DNA from: Candidatus Enterousia sp.
Lineage (GTDB): Bacteria > Pseudomonadota > Alphaproteobacteria > Rs-D84
Reading direction: 5' to 3'
NCBI GenBank assembly: GCA_045645065.1
Contig: JAZRIB010000005.1
Location: 125,917-189,916 of the forward strand
Length of the DNA: 64,000 nucleotides
Shown here: positions 28,510 to 37,351 of the stretch, piece after piece
Numbering within the stretch: the first letter of the stretch is position 1
Layout: every line of letters starts with the position of its first letter
Notes under the pieces: generated by a model
What the model saw: the letters and a program-made list of their open reading frames with translations, nothing else
What the model was told of the DNA's origin: nothing
Database searches by the model: none
Position numbers and translations under genes: made by a program

Positions 28510-30263
28510 ATCCGTACTCCAAAACCAATCTTTTTTGAAAAGCCTGCGGTTTGACGAACTGATAATAATTCATCAATCTTGGCTGGTGTAAATTCTGTGC
28601 GCACATCTTCGGCATTGTTTTCCAGCAATGCACGACGCAAAATAGCCGTGATTTCACGTTGCAATTGGCGCACCCCTTGTTCAGATGTGTATTTTTCAAT
28701 GATGTGCCGTATTGCGCTATCATCAATAACGATATTTTCTGTTTCCCAACCTGTATCATGTGCGGCGCGTTTGACTAAATGTTCGCGTGCGATACGTACT
28801 TTTTCATCGATTGAATATCCTGGAATTTCAATGAGTTCCATACGATCTTTTAATGCGTTTGACAGATTTAATGTATTTGCAGTCGCAATGAACAAGACAT
28901 TTGATAAATCAAAGTCCACTTCCAGATAATGATCGCGGAAAGCCTTGTTTTGTTCCGGGTCCAGAATTTCCAACAGTGCAGATTCTGGGTCGCCCCGCCA
29001 ATCACGTCCCATTTTATCGATTTCGTCCAAAACAATAACAGGGTTGTTTGATTTGCATCGTTTCAATGCGTCCATAATTCGTCCTGTTTGTGCACCGATA
29101 TAGGTCTTGCGATGACCGCGGAAATGCGCTTCGTCCGATACACCACCCAATGATATACGCTGATATTTTCGTCCCAACGCCGCTGCAATAGATTTTCCCA
29201 AAGAAGTCTTGCCAACCCCAGGCGCACCAACAAAACACAAAATAGAACCCTGGTTAGATTTAGTTTTTTTCATAACCGCAATATGTTCCAGAATTCGTTC
29301 TTTGACCCCTTGCATACCAGAATGTTCTGAATCCAGCACATCACGTGCCGTGTTCAAATCAATTTGTGTTTTATCAGATTTATCCCACGGCATTGATAAT
29401 AATTCGTCTAAATATGTTTTTAACAATCCGCCTTCGTTTGACATTGGCGACATAGATTTCATACGTTTCCATTCAGAAAGTGCTTTTTCCTTAGCTTCGC
29501 GGGGCAGGTGGGATTTTTCAATCCGTTTGCGCATATTTTCTGCGTCCATATCTGGATCGTCTTCGCCCATTTCGCGTTGGATTGCGCGCATTTTTTCTTG
29601 TAAAATTGCCTCACGTCGACCTTTTTCCATCTGTTGATGGATGCGCTTGTTAATAGATTCCTCGATTTTTGCGGTTTCAGCGACCAAATTCACCTGTTCC
29701 AACAATATGATTAACTTTTCGCGCCATGACGTTGCGCTTAAAATTTTTAGCGCAGGTTCAACATCCATTTCAATTGCCTGGACAACAAAGTCGATAAAAG
29801 CAGGCAACGGATAGTTTGTTGTCACATTACGTAATTTTTCCATCTTGAATTTTTTCACACCCGCCAAGAACTGCATATTTTCAGCAATTTTATCACGCAG
29901 TGCAATTGTTTGTTCGTGATTTGTATCTTCTTGGATTGCGATTGGTTCTGTGTCACCCACGAAAATTCCATCTTCGATAACTACGTTGCTGATTTTTACA
30001 GCATCTGTTGTGCGTACAATCGCATGCAAAGAGCCATCCGGCATACGCAAAATTTGAACAATATCACCGATTGTCCCAACTGTATAAATATCATTGGGGT
30101 CTGATGGGTAATTCCATGTGCGTTGTGCCACCAATACCAGTTTTTGACCGGTTTTTCCGGCGGATTCAATGCACGCAATAGATGTTTTATTATCAATGAA
30201 CACCGGCACAGTCAGTCCCGGATGAACCACAAAATCCCGAAAGGGTAAAATATATTGTTTCAT
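28506..30263 (-). CDS. lon: Lon-like AAA+ protein (LON N-domain plus AAA+ module) with no S16 protease domain
   Basis: N-terminal ILPFRDFVVHPGLTVPVFI (LON substrate-binding domain). AAA+ motifs: GAPGVGKTSLGKSIA, VIVLDEIDKMG, ATANT. The ORF ends right after the AAA+ alpha-helical lid. No PKDGPSAG-type motif occurs in any frame before tsaB. Confidence 0.85.
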   Translation of the reverse strand: MKQYILPFRDFVVHPGLTVPVFIDNKTSIACIESAGKTGQKLVLVAQRTWNYPSDPNDIYTVGTIGDIVQILRMPDGSLHAIVRTTDAVKISNVVIEDGIFVGDTEPIAIQEDTNHEQTIALRDKIAENMQFLAGVKKFKMEKLRNVTTNYPLPAFIDFVVQAIEMDVEPALKILSATSWREKLIILLEQVNLVAETAKIEESINKRIHQQMEKGRREAILQEKMRAIQREMGEDDPDMDAENMRKRIEKSHLPREAKEKALSEWKRMKSMSPMSNEGGLLKTYLDELLSMPWDKSDKTQIDLNTARDVLDSEHSGMQGVKERILEHIAVMKKTKSNQGSILCFVGAPGVGKTSLGKSIAAALGRKYQRISLGGVSDEAHFRGHRKTYIGAQTGRIMDALKRCKSNNPVIVLDEIDKMGRDWRGDPESALLEILDPEQNKAFRDHYLEVDFDLSNVLFIATANTLNLSNALKDRMELIEIPGYSIDEKVRIAREHLVKRAAHDTGWETENIVIDDSAIRHIIEKYTSEQGVRQLQREITAILRRALLENNAEDVRTEFTPAKIDELLSVRQTAGFSKKIGFGVRI

Positions 30264-30354
30264 AGCTTTCTAAATATAATACATTTTATATGAATTTCAA
30301 GAGTTATGAAAACATATATTTGGCGCGGTATAATAATACCATATTAAATTTTTC

Positions 30355-30383
30355 TTGACTTTTCTGGGGTTTGGGGTAATAAT
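30355..30383 (+). promoter_or_regulatory. Candidate sigma70 promoter of rplM-rpsI
   Basis: TTGACT (30355-30360), a 16-17 nt spacer, then TAATAAT (30377-30383), about 40 nt upstream of ATG 30422. Confidence 0.4.
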
Positions 30384-30421
30384 AACGTCGCTTTAATTTG
30401 AAAAACAAGGGAAAAATAAAA

Positions 30422-30895
30422 ATGGCAGCGACAAAATCGTTAAAAAAGTGCGAATTAGAAGCCAAATGGTATCTGATTGACGCAACTGATTGCACGCTGG
30501 GTCGTTTGGCGGCATATACCGCAAACATCTTGCGTGGCAAGCATAAGCCAACATGGACACCAAATATGGATTGTGGTGACCACGTTATCATTAGCAATGC
30601 TGACAAGGTTGCTTTGTCTGGTCACAAAGCGGACAAAGATCGTTTCTTCTGGCATTCATTGTGGACTGGTTCTTTGAAATCACGCACACTGGGTCAGATG
30701 CGCGATGAAAAGCCTGAAAAATTGGTTACAAACGCGGTTAAGCGTATGATGGGTCGTCGTACAGCAGTTGCATTGGCAAACCAACGTTTGACAAAATTGC
30801 ATGTATACGCGGGTGCAGAACATAAACATGCGGCACAAAACCCAACCGTTATTGATTTCGCATCATTGAATCGTAAAAACAAAAGGGGCGAATAA
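30422..30895 (+). CDS. rplM: 50S ribosomal protein L13
   Basis: ...[49 protein letters not shown]... ATG 30422 gives the canonical N-terminus. Confidence 0.97.
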   Translation: MAATKSLKKCELEAKWYLIDATDCTLGRLAAYTANILRGKHKPTWTPNMDCGDHVIISNADKVALSGHKADKDRFFWHSLWTGSLKSRTLGQMRDEKPEKLVTNAVKRMMGRRTAVALANQRLTKLHVYAGAEHKHAAQNPTVIDFASLNRKNKRGE

Positions 30896-31380
30896 TGGCA
30901 GAAGCAAAAAAGACAGCTACAAAAACAACAACTAAAAAGGCTGCAACTACAAAAACAACTGCCAAAAAGGCACCAGTTGTTGCTCCAAAATTAAATGACG
31001 CAACATATGCCACTGGCAAACGTAAAGATTCTGTTGCACGTGTATATTTGATGCCTGGTAAAGGTAATATCATCGTTAACGGCAAAGCATCGTCTGAATA
31101 TTTCCGTCGTGCTGTGTTACAGATGATTATTGCCCAACCATTTGGTGTTACAAAACGCGAAACATCATATGACATCGTCGCCATGGTAGAAGGCGGTGGT
31201 TTGTCTGGTCAAGCGGGTGCTGTAAAACACGGTATTTCCAAAGCATTGGAAAAGAAAGAACCAGAATTACGCGCTGCATTAAAGGCGGCTGGATTCTTGA
31301 CTCGCGACAGTCGTGTTGTTGAACGTAAGCATTATGGTTATCGTAAGGCACGTCGTTCTACTCAGTTCTCAAAACGTTAA
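30895..31380 (+). CDS. rpsI: 30S ribosomal protein S9 with a Lys/Thr/Ala-rich N-terminal extension
   Basis: ...[25 protein letters not shown]...[19 protein letters not shown]...[18 protein letters not shown]. Confidence 0.97.
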   Translation: MAEAKKTATKTTTKKAATTKTTAKKAPVVAPKLNDATYATGKRKDSVARVYLMPGKGNIIVNGKASSEYFRRAVLQMIIAQPFGVTKRETSYDIVAMVEGGGLSGQAGAVKHGISKALEKKEPELRAALKAAGFLTRDSRVVERKHYGYRKARRSTQFSKR

Positions 31381-31399
31381 TATCGTTTTTGGAAACAAA

Positions 31400-31427
31400 C
31401 AAAATCCGCCGTTTGGCGGATTTTTTG
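31400..31427 (+). terminator. Rho-independent terminator after rpsI
   Basis: Stem ATCCGCC (31404-31410) / GGCGGAT (31415-31421) followed by TTTTTT. Confidence 0.75.
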
Positions 31428-31451
31428 TTGTTATGTACGGGGTGGGCGGGG

Positions 31452-31482
31452 GAAAAAAAAGAAACGCAATTTCTTGCGTTTC
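31452..31482 (-). terminator. Rho-independent terminator after tig
   Basis: Stem GAAACGCAA (31461-31469) / TTGCGTTTC (31474-31482). On the minus strand it is followed by T8 (A-run 31453-31460 on plus). Confidence 0.7.
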
Positions 31483-31504
31483 CTTGTTTTTGTAACGTTA
31501 TTGT

Positions 31505-32812
31505 TTAACGTACAGGTGCCTGTGTAAACAATTCTTCGGCTGGAACAGATTTTTCTTTTGTTTTAACATGTTCCAACATTGCATCTAATGCTTTGCGTTC
31601 AAAAATCATACCGCGCATCATCGCTGTTGCGTTTGGATTGCTGTTATAGAAATCGAACACTCTTTTTGGATCTGGGTATCTTGATGCTTCTGCATAGATT
31701 GCCTGGTGCAGGTCAATACGCGTCACTTCAACTTTGTTTTGTGTACCCCATTCAGCCAAAATCAGACCTAATTTCACGCGACGTTCTGCGTCTTTGCGTT
31801 CTTGTTTTTCGTTCCATTTGTGTTCGCAATCAGAACCGCAATGTGCATGCTGATGTTCGAATTCCGATTTTGCCATGTTGTATTCTTGTTCGACCAACAT
31901 TTCTGGCAAATCTAATTTCACTTTATCAGCCAATACGTCCAACAATTCATTACGCATATGGCGTTTTGATGCTTCTTCGTATTGTTCGTTCAAGATTTTA
32001 CGAATATGTTCGCGTAACGCATCAACAGATTCATGACCGATTTCTTTTGCCAAATCATCGTTTAATTCTGGCAATATATGTTTGCGTACTTCGTGAACCT
32101 TAACTTCAAAGCGTGCATCTTTGCCAGCCAATTGAGCAGCATGATATTTTTCTGGGAATGTAACATTAACGTCCAGTTTATCGCCCGCTTTGTGGCCAAT
32201 CAATTGGTCTTCGAATCCTGGGATAAAAGAGCCAGAACCCAAAATCAAATGATGTTTTGACGCTTCGCCACCTTCAAACGCTTCGTCACCGACAAAGCCC
32301 TTAAAGTCAATAACAACTGTGTCGCCATTTTTTGCTTTGTATTTTTCGTCTTGTTTTTCTGCGACACTGCGACTTTTCAAGATGTTGTTTAATGCTGTTT
32401 CAACTTCTTTTTCGTCTAATTTTGTAACTTTCTTAGTCAATGTGATTTTGCTTAAATCGATTTCTGGCAATGTTGGCAAAATATCAAATTCCAATGAATA
32501 TTCAACGTCTTGACCGATTGTCCAGCCTTCTTTCAGTGTAACTTTTGGTGCGCCCGCCAGACGGATTTTTTTATCACTTACATACGCATCTAAATCCATC
32601 TGAATTTTTTTATTGATTGCTTCTGGCATAGCCGAAGAATTATATTTTCTGCGCAGGATTTTTAATGGAACTTTGCCTTGGCGAAAACCAGCGATTTTAA
32701 CGGTTTTGCCATATTCTTGCAAAATTTCATCTGCAACTGTCTGTAAATCATCTGCTGAAATTTCGCCATTAACAGAATAGCGTAAATCTTTGATTTTTTC
32801 TTTTGTGAACAT
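31505..32812 (-). CDS. tig: Trigger factor
   Basis: 435 aa with the ribosome-binding motif region (GFRQGKVPLKIL) and a central FKBP-type PPIase segment (GDTVVIDFKGFVGDEAFEGGEA...GSGSFIPGFEDQLIGHKAGD). Confidence 0.92.
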   Translation of the reverse strand: MFTKEKIKDLRYSVNGEISADDLQTVADEILQEYGKTVKIAGFRQGKVPLKILRRKYNSSAMPEAINKKIQMDLDAYVSDKKIRLAGAPKVTLKEGWTIGQDVEYSLEFDILPTLPEIDLSKITLTKKVTKLDEKEVETALNNILKSRSVAEKQDEKYKAKNGDTVVIDFKGFVGDEAFEGGEASKHHLILGSGSFIPGFEDQLIGHKAGDKLDVNVTFPEKYHAAQLAGKDARFEVKVHEVRKHILPELNDDLAKEIGHESVDALREHIRKILNEQYEEASKRHMRNELLDVLADKVKLDLPEMLVEQEYNMAKSEFEHQHAHCGSDCEHKWNEKQERKDAERRVKLGLILAEWGTQNKVEVTRIDLHQAIYAEASRYPDPKRVFDFYNSNPNATAMMRGMIFERKALDAMLEHVKTKEKSVPAEELFTQAPVR

Positions 32813-32878
32813 AGTGTTTCCCCTAAATTAACTTTCTTTTGCGGTGCAATTATACACCCTTTTTTAATGAAAGCAATA

Positions 32879-32951
32879 ACAAAAAAATCCCACCATTCCG
32901 ACATAGTGTTTGTGTTTTGTTGACTCAAACGTACACAGGGCAGGTGGGATT
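32879..32951 (-). terminator. Atypical long-loop hairpin plus T-run directly after rnj (terminator or structured 3' element)
   Basis: 9-bp arms AATCCCACC (32886-32894) / GGTGGGATT (32943-32951) enclose about 48 nt. On the minus strand they are followed by a T-run (A-run 32879-32887 on plus). Confidence 0.35.
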
Positions 32952-32954
32952 AAT

Positions 32955-34724
32955 TTATTTTTGAATAAAATGTACGCTGTATTGTGGCTTTTTATCCGCC
33001 CCCAGTGCGGCGCGTACAACCTTGTTCGAAGCAATTTGAACTGCACGAACCAAATTATCACGGTCTTTGCGTTCTGCTTTGGACAGACCGTCTATCGCCT
33101 TGGTAATTTCGATTTGAATTTGGCGTTTCATAAAGCCTGTGGTGTCACTTTCAAATATACCCGCACTTGATACTTCTGGTACGCCTTTTAAGAAACCGCG
33201 TTTATCGACCGGCAATGTTACAAAAACTGCGCCATTTGAAGCGATTTTACGACGATTCTTATATACTTGGTCATCGGCACTGCGTTCTGTTTCGCCTTCC
33301 ATAACGACGTACGATGTTTCAATTGTTTCGGCAACATATGGTTCGTCCCCATCGCGCAGGGCAATCATTTCCCCGTTATGAACAACCATCATGTGTTTTG
33401 CGCCACCGCGTTCTATTGCCATTTTGCCGTTCAACATTTCGTTGATATAGTCCCCATGCATTGGTACTGAAACCTGGGGATGAACCATATCATAGAAACG
33501 TTCCAGTTCTGGGCGTCCAGCATGTCCACTGGCGTGAACGTTGTCTGTATCAAATATCGTATGTGTTTTAATGCCCATGCGCGCCAATTTGTTGTACAAG
33601 AACGAAACATCTTGTTCACGACCTGGGATGATAATAGAACTGAACACAACTGTATCTGTTGGCATCAATTTCATTTCTTTTACTTGGCCACGGCACAGAC
33701 GTGTCAGCATTGCGAATTTTTCCCCCTGGGAACCGGTCAAGAATATCGCCTGTTTTTCCGCTGGCAAATCTTTGATTTCGCTGTGAGTGTAAATTTCGTC
33801 TTTGCTCAAATATCCAAATTGAATACCCATTTCACGAAATTCCGGCAGACCAACATACGGAACTGGATTTGGATTTGTGCGTTCTTTAATAGCAGCGATA
33901 CGACCTGCGGCACGTGCGGCCTCTGCAAACATTTTGATACGTGCCAAACTGCGTGAATACCCTGTGACAATGACGCGCCCTGGGGCGTTCTTCATAATTT
34001 CAGTCAATGTATCACGCACCTGGGTTTCGGTAACCTGTTTCGTTTGACGCGAAGAATTTGTTGAATCGCACATACATGCCAACAATTTTGGATCTGAACC
34101 AATTTCACGCAGACGTGCAAAATCAGTTGGTGCTTCGATTGGAATATCGTCATTAAAAGTCCAGTCCCCAGTGTGCAAGATTTTACCCGCATCTGTTGAA
34201 ATGATTAACATTTGTGCTTCTGGTACAGAATGGGTTACGTGGAATGTTTCAACTGTAAACGGCGCCAAATCCAACGTTGCACCATTATGGTCAAATTCAA
34301 CAATATCTGTTTTTTCGTTAAAATCCATTTCAATGCCACGGAATGTGCGACGCAGAATTTCAGCCGGAAAACGCGTACAGAAAATAGGTTTTCTGAACTT
34401 TGGCCAGATGTATTTTAATGCGCCAATGTGATCTTCGTGACCGTGTGTGATAACAAACCCAACAACGTCTTTTTTGCGTTTTTCCAACCATGTTGTATCA
34501 CAGTATTGAACGTCACCTGCGCCGATTTCTTCTTCTAAAAATCCCATACCGCAATCAACGATTAAGTATTTTCCTTGGTATTTATATACATACATATTCT
34601 GGCCGATATGTTCCAGACCGCCCAGCGCCATAAAATACATTTTATCGTCGTTTTTATCACTTTCGTGTTTTGTTTTGCCCGAAATTTTAGCGGGCAGATT
34701 TTTCTTTTCTTTTACTTTTACCAT
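32955..34724 (-). CDS. rnj: Ribonuclease J (metallo-beta-lactamase / beta-CASP family)
   Basis: 589 aa with the ITHGHEDHIGAL (HxHxDH) motif, beta-CASP motifs, and HASGHAGRPELERF near the C-terminal part. Confidence 0.9.
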   Translation of the reverse strand: MVKVKEKKNLPAKISGKTKHESDKNDDKMYFMALGGLEHIGQNMYVYKYQGKYLIVDCGMGFLEEEIGAGDVQYCDTTWLEKRKKDVVGFVITHGHEDHIGALKYIWPKFRKPIFCTRFPAEILRRTFRGIEMDFNEKTDIVEFDHNGATLDLAPFTVETFHVTHSVPEAQMLIISTDAGKILHTGDWTFNDDIPIEAPTDFARLREIGSDPKLLACMCDSTNSSRQTKQVTETQVRDTLTEIMKNAPGRVIVTGYSRSLARIKMFAEAARAAGRIAAIKERTNPNPVPYVGLPEFREMGIQFGYLSKDEIYTHSEIKDLPAEKQAIFLTGSQGEKFAMLTRLCRGQVKEMKLMPTDTVVFSSIIIPGREQDVSFLYNKLARMGIKTHTIFDTDNVHASGHAGRPELERFYDMVHPQVSVPMHGDYINEMLNGKMAIERGGAKHMMVVHNGEMIALRDGDEPYVAETIETSYVVMEGETERSADDQVYKNRRKIASNGAVFVTLPVDKRGFLKGVPEVSSAGIFESDTTGFMKRQIQIEITKAIDGLSKAERKDRDNLVRAVQIASNKVVRAALGADKKPQYSVHFIQK

Positions 34725-34953
34725 TTATAAATAATCCTTTTTTATAATTACTGTTCCCACAGCCACCCAGTTTATTGCTAATAAAGACGTGTCTTTATTT
34801 GTAGTAAACCTGTGGCTGTGTACCGTTTTTCCCCGGTATTTTATCAGTCAATAAAAATAAAGGGGAATGTGTATTGGTTGTACTTTATAAAACTTTAACC
34901 AACAACTTAATTATAGTTTATTTTTTCGCGATTTGCAAGTTTATTTGAACTGC

Positions 34954-35856
34954 TTATCGTTCCCGCTGTTTTAATATGATTGCATAATCAAAGACTGAAC
35001 CGTGATCCGCACCACGTACAGGCACGCCAACAATTTTGTGATGATGATTATGCATTTTCCGTAACACTAAATCGTTTTGCATTTCTTGGATTACTTTGTT
35101 ACAGCGATATGGGGCAGCACTCCATAAATATTCAAAGCAAATACGACCATTTTCATATGTTAAATTTTTATGAGACATCGGTACAATTACGTCACGGTAA
35201 AAGAAAGGCAATAATTTTGAATGCTCGTGAAAATTCGTACCGTATACATAATCGACAATATTCGACAGCAAAATAACATCGTATTCTTGTGTAAATTTGG
35301 CTGAAATATCTCGGATGTCACAATTGGTAAAACTGATTTTTTCAGGCAGTCTTTTGCGCAATTCATAGTATTTATTAGGATCTTGTAAATATGAAATCTT
35401 AAACATATCAAAACCAGACGATATACCATACGGATTCCAGAACATCCGATTGCCGCGACGTTCGTATTGTGCCAAGAATTCGTTTAAATCATCTGAAAAT
35501 TCATTTTTAATCGGGGACAGTATCTTTTGGTTAAAAAAGTTATTTGTTCTCAAAAAAAATTCCGTAAATTTTTCGTATGGTAAATGACGTATCATATGTG
35601 TTTTTAATTCGATGATATTTTTTTGATTTGAATTTATATCAAATGTATCAACGTGTGATGCGCCGGCCAGATAGCTTTCGAACGCATGATCGCCCGATGC
35701 GCCCACGCTTAACACCCGCGCGCCTTTTATATCGCCCAGCGCAGGCATATAACCTGCAATGTTTTCGTTGGTGAAAACATATACCGGGGCACCGTTTTTA
35801 AATATATTATCATTACTCATCTGGGGAATGTTATTGCAAAGCGTCCGATTTGTCAA
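34954..35856 (-). CDS. Putative SAM-dependent methyltransferase-fold protein (DUF3419/BtaA-like)
   Basis: GARVLSVGASGDHAFESYLAGASHVDTFDINSNQKNIIELK resembles the glycine-rich SAM motif I and following acidic motif of DUF3419-type proteins. The assignment is tentative. Confidence 0.4.
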   Translation of the reverse strand: MTNRTLCNNIPQMSNDNIFKNGAPVYVFTNENIAGYMPALGDIKGARVLSVGASGDHAFESYLAGASHVDTFDINSNQKNIIELKTHMIRHLPYEKFTEFFLRTNNFFNQKILSPIKNEFSDDLNEFLAQYERRGNRMFWNPYGISSGFDMFKISYLQDPNKYYELRKRLPEKISFTNCDIRDISAKFTQEYDVILLSNIVDYVYGTNFHEHSKLLPFFYRDVIVPMSHKNLTYENGRICFEYLWSAAPYRCNKVIQEMQNDLVLRKMHNHHHKIVGVPVRGADHGSVFDYAIILKQRER

Positions 35857-36200
35857 TTTGTGGTGTATGCAAGCATTTATTTACAGTCTTTTAGCCTTGG
35901 AATCATGCGTATGGTCATTCATCAGGTTAGTATCATAGACGCCATAATCAAAACCAGATACCACCGTAACCACGGATATCCGCCGAATACACTAATATAT
36001 ATTAATCCAACAACCAATAAAAAGTGCAAAATCACGTGATAACTTTAACACCGGTATTTAGAATCTTTCTAGAGGAATATATAATAAAAAGCATGAAAAA
36101 AATGATGTTGATTTTATTTATAGTATTGATTTCGGGCGCGGGGCGAAATCGTCGTTACAACACCCGAATCCAGATTATTCACGGTCTTATCCTGTGTATT

Positions 36201-36228
36201 AAAAATCCCGCCGATTGGCGGGTTTTTA
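36201..36228 (-). terminator. Rho-independent terminator after the EF-hand membrane protein gene
   Basis: Stem CCCGCC (36207-36212) / GGCGGG (36217-36222), flanked by A5 and T5 runs, so it could act in both directions. Confidence 0.75.
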
Positions 36229-36229
36229 T

Positions 36230-36715
36230 TTATTCGACGACTGGTGCTTCAACAGGTGTCTCTGGCATTGGGGCCGGTTTACGCATGCTGCGTTTGAAAG
36301 CCTTGAATTCTGCTTTATCAACGCAACCGTCGGCATTGATGTCTATTTCAGCCATTTTATCAATCATCTTTTGGCATTTTACGACCAAGCAACCATTGTC
36401 ATCAAATTGTGGACGTGGCATTTTTGCACGTTTTGGACATGGTAACATTTTTGCGGCTGCGAATCCTAATGCAAAGAATACCAATGCAACAATCAATTTT
36501 TTCCAAAAACCACAGTGATGTTTTTTGCATTCACAGTGACCACCACATGGGCATGATTTGTCGCAACCACAATTATGTGTTTCGACAACCGGTGCCGCGA
36601 TTTTCATTTCTGGAGCTTTTTTTGTTGTTGATTTTTTTGCTGGTGCTTTCTTAGCAACAGTTTTCTTTACGGTTGTTGTTGTTTTAACCGCTTTTTTTGT
36701 TGTTTTTTCTGCCAT
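36230..36715 (-). CDS. Small single-pass membrane protein with a Lys-rich tail, a Cys/His cluster and a canonical EF-hand loop
   Basis: An AGGAAAGGA RBS precedes ATG 36715 and a terminator follows. It has a KKAxKK-rich N-terminus, HNCGCDKSCPCGGHCECKKHHC, and a TM segment LIVALVFFALGFAAA. DINADGCVDKAE (36308-36343) fits the 12-residue EF-hand loop at positions 1, 3, 5, 6, 8 and 12. Confidence 0.75.
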   Translation of the reverse strand: MAEKTTKKAVKTTTTVKKTVAKKAPAKKSTTKKAPEMKIAAPVVETHNCGCDKSCPCGGHCECKKHHCGFWKKLIVALVFFALGFAAAKMLPCPKRAKMPRPQFDDNGCLVVKCQKMIDKMAEIDINADGCVDKAEFKAFKRSMRKPAPMPETPVEAPVVE

Positions 36716-36791
36716 TTGTCCTTTCCTTTGTTTGTTGACGATATGATTTTATTAGATATTTTTATTTATGTAAAGATTTTTTTTGTTTTTA

Positions 36792-36820
36792 TAAAAAATC
36801 CCCCAAACGGGGGATTTTAT
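36792..36820 (-). terminator. Rho-independent terminator after the HU gene
   Basis: Stem ATCCCCC (36798-36804) / GGGGGAT (36809-36815), flanked by A and T runs. Confidence 0.75.
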
Positions 36821-36840
36821 TTCATGTAAATCAAACCGAT

Positions 36841-37113
36841 TTAGTTCAAAGCATCTTTCAACGCTTTACCTGGTTTGAACTTAGGCTGAACAGAAGCTGG
36901 GATTTTGATAGCTTCGCCTGTCTGTGGGTTACGGCCTGTTGTTGCTTTGCGTTTTGCTGTTGCAAATGTACCAAAACCAACCAAGCGAACTTCGCCTTTC
37001 TTTTTCAGAACTTTTGTTACGTTGTTGATGAATGCATCTACGCATGCAGCCGCTGCTGCTTTTGTAATATCTACATCGTTTGCGATTGCTTCAATCAATT
37101 GAGCTTTGTTCAT
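36841..37113 (-). CDS. hup: Nucleoid-associated DNA-binding protein HU
   Basis: MNKAQLIEAIA...VRLVGFGTFATAKRKATTGRNPQTGEAIKIPASVQPKFKPGKALKDALN is the canonical HU/IHF fold sequence. Confidence 0.95.
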   Translation of the reverse strand: MNKAQLIEAIANDVDITKAAAAACVDAFINNVTKVLKKKGEVRLVGFGTFATAKRKATTGRNPQTGEAIKIPASVQPKFKPGKALKDALN

Positions 37114-37166
37114 ATGTTTCTCCTTTCATAGGTTTTTATAATAAAGGTGTCCCGCAAGTTTTTTCT

Positions 37167-37258
37167 CAGGCAATGTCGATATAATCAAAAGGTGCGTATT
37201 TCCACGTTGTTTTAGTGTTGCAACGCCTCAATGTCTTGGATTATATGGACATTGCCTG
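37167..37258 (-). other. Long imperfect inverted repeat (20-nt arms) forming a hairpin in the predicted HU 5' leader
   Basis: CAGGCAATGTCGATATAATC (37167-37186) pairs with GATTATATGGACATTGCCTG (37239-37258) at 19/20 by hand. An inner CGTTG/CAACG stem is also present. It lies between the predicted promoter and the RBS. Confidence 0.5.
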
Positions 37259-37272
37259 ACCTGCTTACTCGA

Positions 37273-37301
37273 ATCGTAGAGAAATCCGCGCTTTAAGTCA
37301 A
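37273..37301 (-). promoter_or_regulatory. Candidate sigma70 promoter of the HU gene
   Basis: Minus strand: TTGACT (37301-37296), a 17-nt spacer, then TACGAT (37278-37273). Confidence 0.45.
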
Positions 37302-37351
37302 GTGCATAATTCAAAAAAAGCAAAAAACCTAGATTTTCTGGGGTGTTTCTG

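Noticed and set aside
35922-36035. Possible 37-aa hydrophobic peptide on the minus strand (GTG start; ILHFLLVVGLIYISVFGGYPWLRWYLVLIMASMILT), reminiscent of type I toxins or small membrane proteins
   Set aside because: There is no convincing RBS, it uses a non-ATG start, it is a single copy, and it is too short to judge by composition alone. It might deserve a ribosome-profiling check, but the sequence does not support it.
36024-36518. 164-aa plus-strand ORF
   Set aside because: It reads straight through the 36207-36222 terminator hairpin and is antisense to the well-supported EF-hand membrane protein gene.
37114-37351. Whether the structured HU-upstream region is SRP RNA, 6S RNA or tmRNA
   Set aside because: I could not find the SRP domain IV motif, a tmRNA tag reading frame or tRNA-like end, or a 6S-like central bubble architecture. 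It is kept only as an unexplained hairpin.
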